From NCBI GenBank assembly GCA_964646765.1, contig CAZYIA010000003.1, positions 2,815 to 66,814 on the forward strand: DNA of 64,000 bases. Direction: 5' to 3'. The notes under the pieces were generated by a model. It had not been told where the DNA came from. It ran no database searches and worked only from the letters and a program-made list of their open reading frames with translations. The first letter of the stretch is position 1. Each line of letters opens with the position of its first letter. This document shows, piece by piece, positions 62,124-64,000 of the stretch. Origin of the DNA: an uncultured Candidatus Saccharibacteria bacterium (lineage in GTDB: Bacteria; Patescibacteriota; Minisyncoccia; Phycocordibacterales; UBA9973). A program made the position numbers and the translations under genes.

Positions 62124-62732
62124 CTAGGTGGAGGAAATCTGAACAGTGTTTATTTTTGTAAGTACCCGCCTTCGTATCAGGCAGATAACTATTAGCACCG
62201 TATTCGCAGCTGAAATTGCAATAAGGTAACTCAGTGTTAGAAAGTTATATTCTTTTAAGGCAGCAATCGCAAAACAGTTTCCAACAACAAATAAGATGAA
62301 TGTTAAGACCGTCTCACTCCATGGTTCTTGAAATGCTTTTCGGTAGCTTGGTATATACCCCAAGACATCAATAATACAGATCAGAAGAATTGAAAGGAAA
62401 GGATTTTTAAGTTGCCACCAAATTATTATTGCAGAAAGAACAGCTATAAGTATGACTGTATCGCCGAGAGTGATATTTCTTGTGCCATATTTGAAAGACA
62501 AGAGAAAGATAAGGCACATCATTACTGTCCCTATAATTAACTCAAGTCCACCAATTCCGCCTCCACCATATAACAATCCGGCGAGTGCAGTTCCTTGCGT
62601 CAGAATCCATATGAACCAGGTATAAGCGTGCGGTTGAGTCTTTTTTAAGAAGATGTCTCTTATATAGGGGAGAAACGCCGTTGTACCAACAGCGACAGAG
62701 ATGAAGGCGAATATGAGTTTAATAGGCAACAA
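62124..62732 (-). CDS. Hypothetical polytopic membrane protein
   Basis: Six TM helices. TTG start in the track. Confidence 0.45.
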   Translation of the reverse strand: MLPIKLIFAFISVAVGTTAFLPYIRDIFLKKTQPHAYTWFIWILTQGTALAGLLYGGGGIGGLELIIGTVMMCLIFLLSFKYGTRNITLGDTVILIAVLSAIIIWWQLKNPFLSILLICIIDVLGYIPSYRKAFQEPWSETVLTFILFVVGNCFAIAALKEYNFLTLSYLIAISAANTVLIVICLIRRRVLTKINTVQISST

Positions 62733-62766
62733 TTTGAGTATATCAAAATTATAGTTTCTAATTTTG

Positions 62767-62838
62767 TGCCCCCGCGAGGAATCGAACCTCGAATAGCGGC
62801 TTAGAAGTCCGCAGTTATATCCATTTAACTACAGGGGC
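62767..62838 (-). tRNA. tRNA-Arg (anticodon TCT)
   Basis: Minus-strand GCCCCTG-TA-GTTA-AATGGATA-TAAC-T-GCGGA-CTTCTAA-GCCGC-TATT-CGAGG-TTCGATT-CCTCG-CGGGGGC-A. Confidence 0.75.
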
Positions 62839-62929
62839 AAGTGGGCATATCTATTGTACTTCAAAAAACAGTTCGGGACTCGCCGACTACATCGGCAGGT
62901 ACTTTTCTCATTTGCTTCTCAAATATAGA

Positions 62930-62975
62930 AAAGTCTTTCAAGTTCCTCACGCGAGCAAAGCAGTTTGCTCGCTCC
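62930..62975 (-). repeat. tRNA-linked element, diverged copy C (downstream of tRNA-Val): antisense T-arm segment + AAGCAGT-loop hairpin
   Basis: ttcaagttcctcac (62937-62950) matches the tRNA-Val T-loop/T-stem (ttcaagtccctcac) 13/14 in inverted orientation. It is followed by the hairpin gcgagcaaagcagtttgctcgc (62951-62972). Confidence 0.5.
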
Positions 62976-62981
62976 CGCGCA

Positions 62982-63007
62982 AAGACGCCCTTGAGGGGCG
63001 TCTTTTT
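62982..63007. terminator. Hairpin terminator abutting the tRNA-Val 3' end
   Basis: aagacgccc-ttgag-gggcgtctt plus ttttt. Confidence 0.6.
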
Positions 63008-63008
63008 G

Positions 63009-63081
63009 TGCGCGGTGAGGGACTTGAACCCCCGACCTTTCCGGTGTAAACGGATTGCTCTACCAACTGAGCTAACCGCGC
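63009..63081 (-). tRNA. tRNA-Val (anticodon TAC)
   Basis: Minus-strand GCGCGGT-TA-GCTC-AGTTGGTA-GAGC-A-ATCCG-TTTACAC-CGGAA-AGGTC-GGGGG-TTCAAGT-CCCTC-ACCGCGC-A. Confidence 0.8.
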
Positions 63082-63145
63082 AGGTAGAACACAGTCTACA
63101 CAATTTATCCTTTTTTTCAATGGGTATTGCTGCTATAGTGCCCGT

Positions 63146-63931
63146 ATGCAAAAAAGTGCCTATCTCGCCACTGCTATCTCGCTTGCCAAGGAGGCAGGTG
63201 AGATTATGCGTAAAAACTTTACGCTTAATATGCAGAAAGAATGGAAAGCTGATCATACTGCGGTTACCGAAACTGATCTTGCCATTAACGAGCTTGTCCT
63301 TAAGAAGCTCAAAGAAAAATATCCTGATCATAGTATTCTCTCAGAAGAAGGAGATGATTTTTCACACGAAAGCGAATATGTTTGGGTATGTGATCCGCTT
63401 GATGGTACGCACAATTTCTCTCATGGAGTTCCTACATCAACATTTGCTCTCGCGCTAACCCACCAGGGAACGCCGATACTAGGCGTGATCTATGATCCTT
63501 TTCTTGATCGAATGTTTTATGCTGAACAAGGGAAGGGAGCCTACTTAAATGGTTCACCAATTCATGTTTCGGAAAGCCCTCTACTTAAAAGAACGGTTAT
63601 TGGTTTAGGAAAATGGGATGGTGTACGCAATTTGTTTCCAGTCGCCGAAGAACTTCGTAATCATGGAGTTAGATTAGTAACCGGGCTTTCCATACATTAC
63701 ATGAGCGCGCTTGTTGCTGCTGGAGAATTTGCTGCTACTTTTTTTAGCAGTACAGCTCCGCATGATACTGCGGCAGCAAAAATTCTTGTTGAAGAGGCTG
63801 GGGGAAAAGTTACTAACCTTTTTGGTGGTTCGAGCCGTTATGATCGTGACGTCGAAGGTCAGCTGACATCAAATGGAATTTTACATGAAGAGCTGCTTGC
63901 CATTATGGACCGTGTTTCTCCTAAAAAATAA
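63146..63931 (+). CDS. Inositol monophosphatase family protein (SuhB-like)
   Basis: WVCDPLDGTHNFSHGVP and the metal-binding motifs are present. 261 aa. Confidence 0.8.
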   Translation: MQKSAYLATAISLAKEAGEIMRKNFTLNMQKEWKADHTAVTETDLAINELVLKKLKEKYPDHSILSEEGDDFSHESEYVWVCDPLDGTHNFSHGVPTSTFALALTHQGTPILGVIYDPFLDRMFYAEQGKGAYLNGSPIHVSESPLLKRTVIGLGKWDGVRNLFPVAEELRNHGVRLVTGLSIHYMSALVAAGEFAATFFSSTAPHDTAAAKILVEEAGGKVTNLFGGSSRYDRDVEGQLTSNGILHEELLAIMDRVSPKK

Positions 63932-63933
63932 TC

Positions 63934-64000
63934 ATGCATTTTAACGATAGTATTTTATATGAAGATAACGATGTGCTCGTTATCAATAAACCAGCGGGGA
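63934..64000 (+). CDS. RluA-family pseudouridine synthase, 5' end (continues beyond window)
   Basis: MHFNDSILYEDNDVLVINKPAG, where VINKPAG is the RluA/RluD family signature. Confidence 0.6.
   Translation, partial: MHFNDSILYEDNDVLVINKPAG

Noticed and set aside
62841-63458. Track ORFs 62841..63458 (+) and 62861..63331 (-)
   Set aside because: They overlap tRNA-Val, its terminator, the repeat element and the well-supported IMPase gene (63146..63931) in other frames.
1-64000. CRISPR arrays, cas genes, transposases, integrases, phage structural genes
   Set aside because: No direct-repeat/spacer array periodicity was seen and no ORF has recognisable Cas, DDE, tyrosine or serine recombinase or phage hallmark motifs. 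The tRNA-linked repeats are short and lack a recombinase.

Overview
This is a ~64 kb, densely coded bacterial window with genes on both strands. Long repeat-rich surface proteins, a pilM/N/O cluster, a DsbB/thioredoxin pair, NirK, many small membrane proteins and a compact gene set make a Patescibacteria (CPR)-like episymbiont a reasonable guess, but that is inference. I call about 70 CDS, 5 tRNAs, 1 likely pseudogene, about 12 hairpin terminators, one promoter-like site and one candidate operator palindrome. I found no rRNA, CRISPR array, transposase or integrase. Recognisable genes cover replication and repair (polA, holA-like, mutM, ruvA, ruvX, nfi), nucleotide synthesis (pyrC-carA-carB-pyrB, nrdJ, PduO-type adenosyltransferase), translation-related functions (rpsT, tsaE, SpoU-type MTase, msrB, CsaA-like), transport (MacAB-type ABC, ZIP, MFS, YhhQ), regulation (OmpR response regulator + histidine kinase, ECF sigma, TrmB-like, ArsR-like) and the envelope (pilM/N/O, DsbB-like + thioredoxin-fold protein, two giant repeat surface proteins). 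The most unusual observations are: (1) a short conserved element downstream of at least three tRNA genes that carries a 13-14 nt antisense copy of that tRNA's own T-arm, next to a covarying hairpin and a shared scaffold; (2) two diverged but exactly equal-length (565 aa) Cys-rich zinc-ribbon paralogs at separate loci, one apparently operonic with ruvX; (3) a ThiF/E1-like adenylyltransferase paired with a GNAT-fold protein and inserted between the response regulator and histidine kinase of a two-component system; (4) a cobalamin locus with NrdJ, PduO, DUF4430 proteins and a transcobalamin-like surface protein; (5) a tRNA-Arg with a GCG anticodon. All coordinates and calls come from reading the sequence and the supplied ORF track by eye. 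No database search was run. tRNA and motif coordinates may be off by 1-2 nt.
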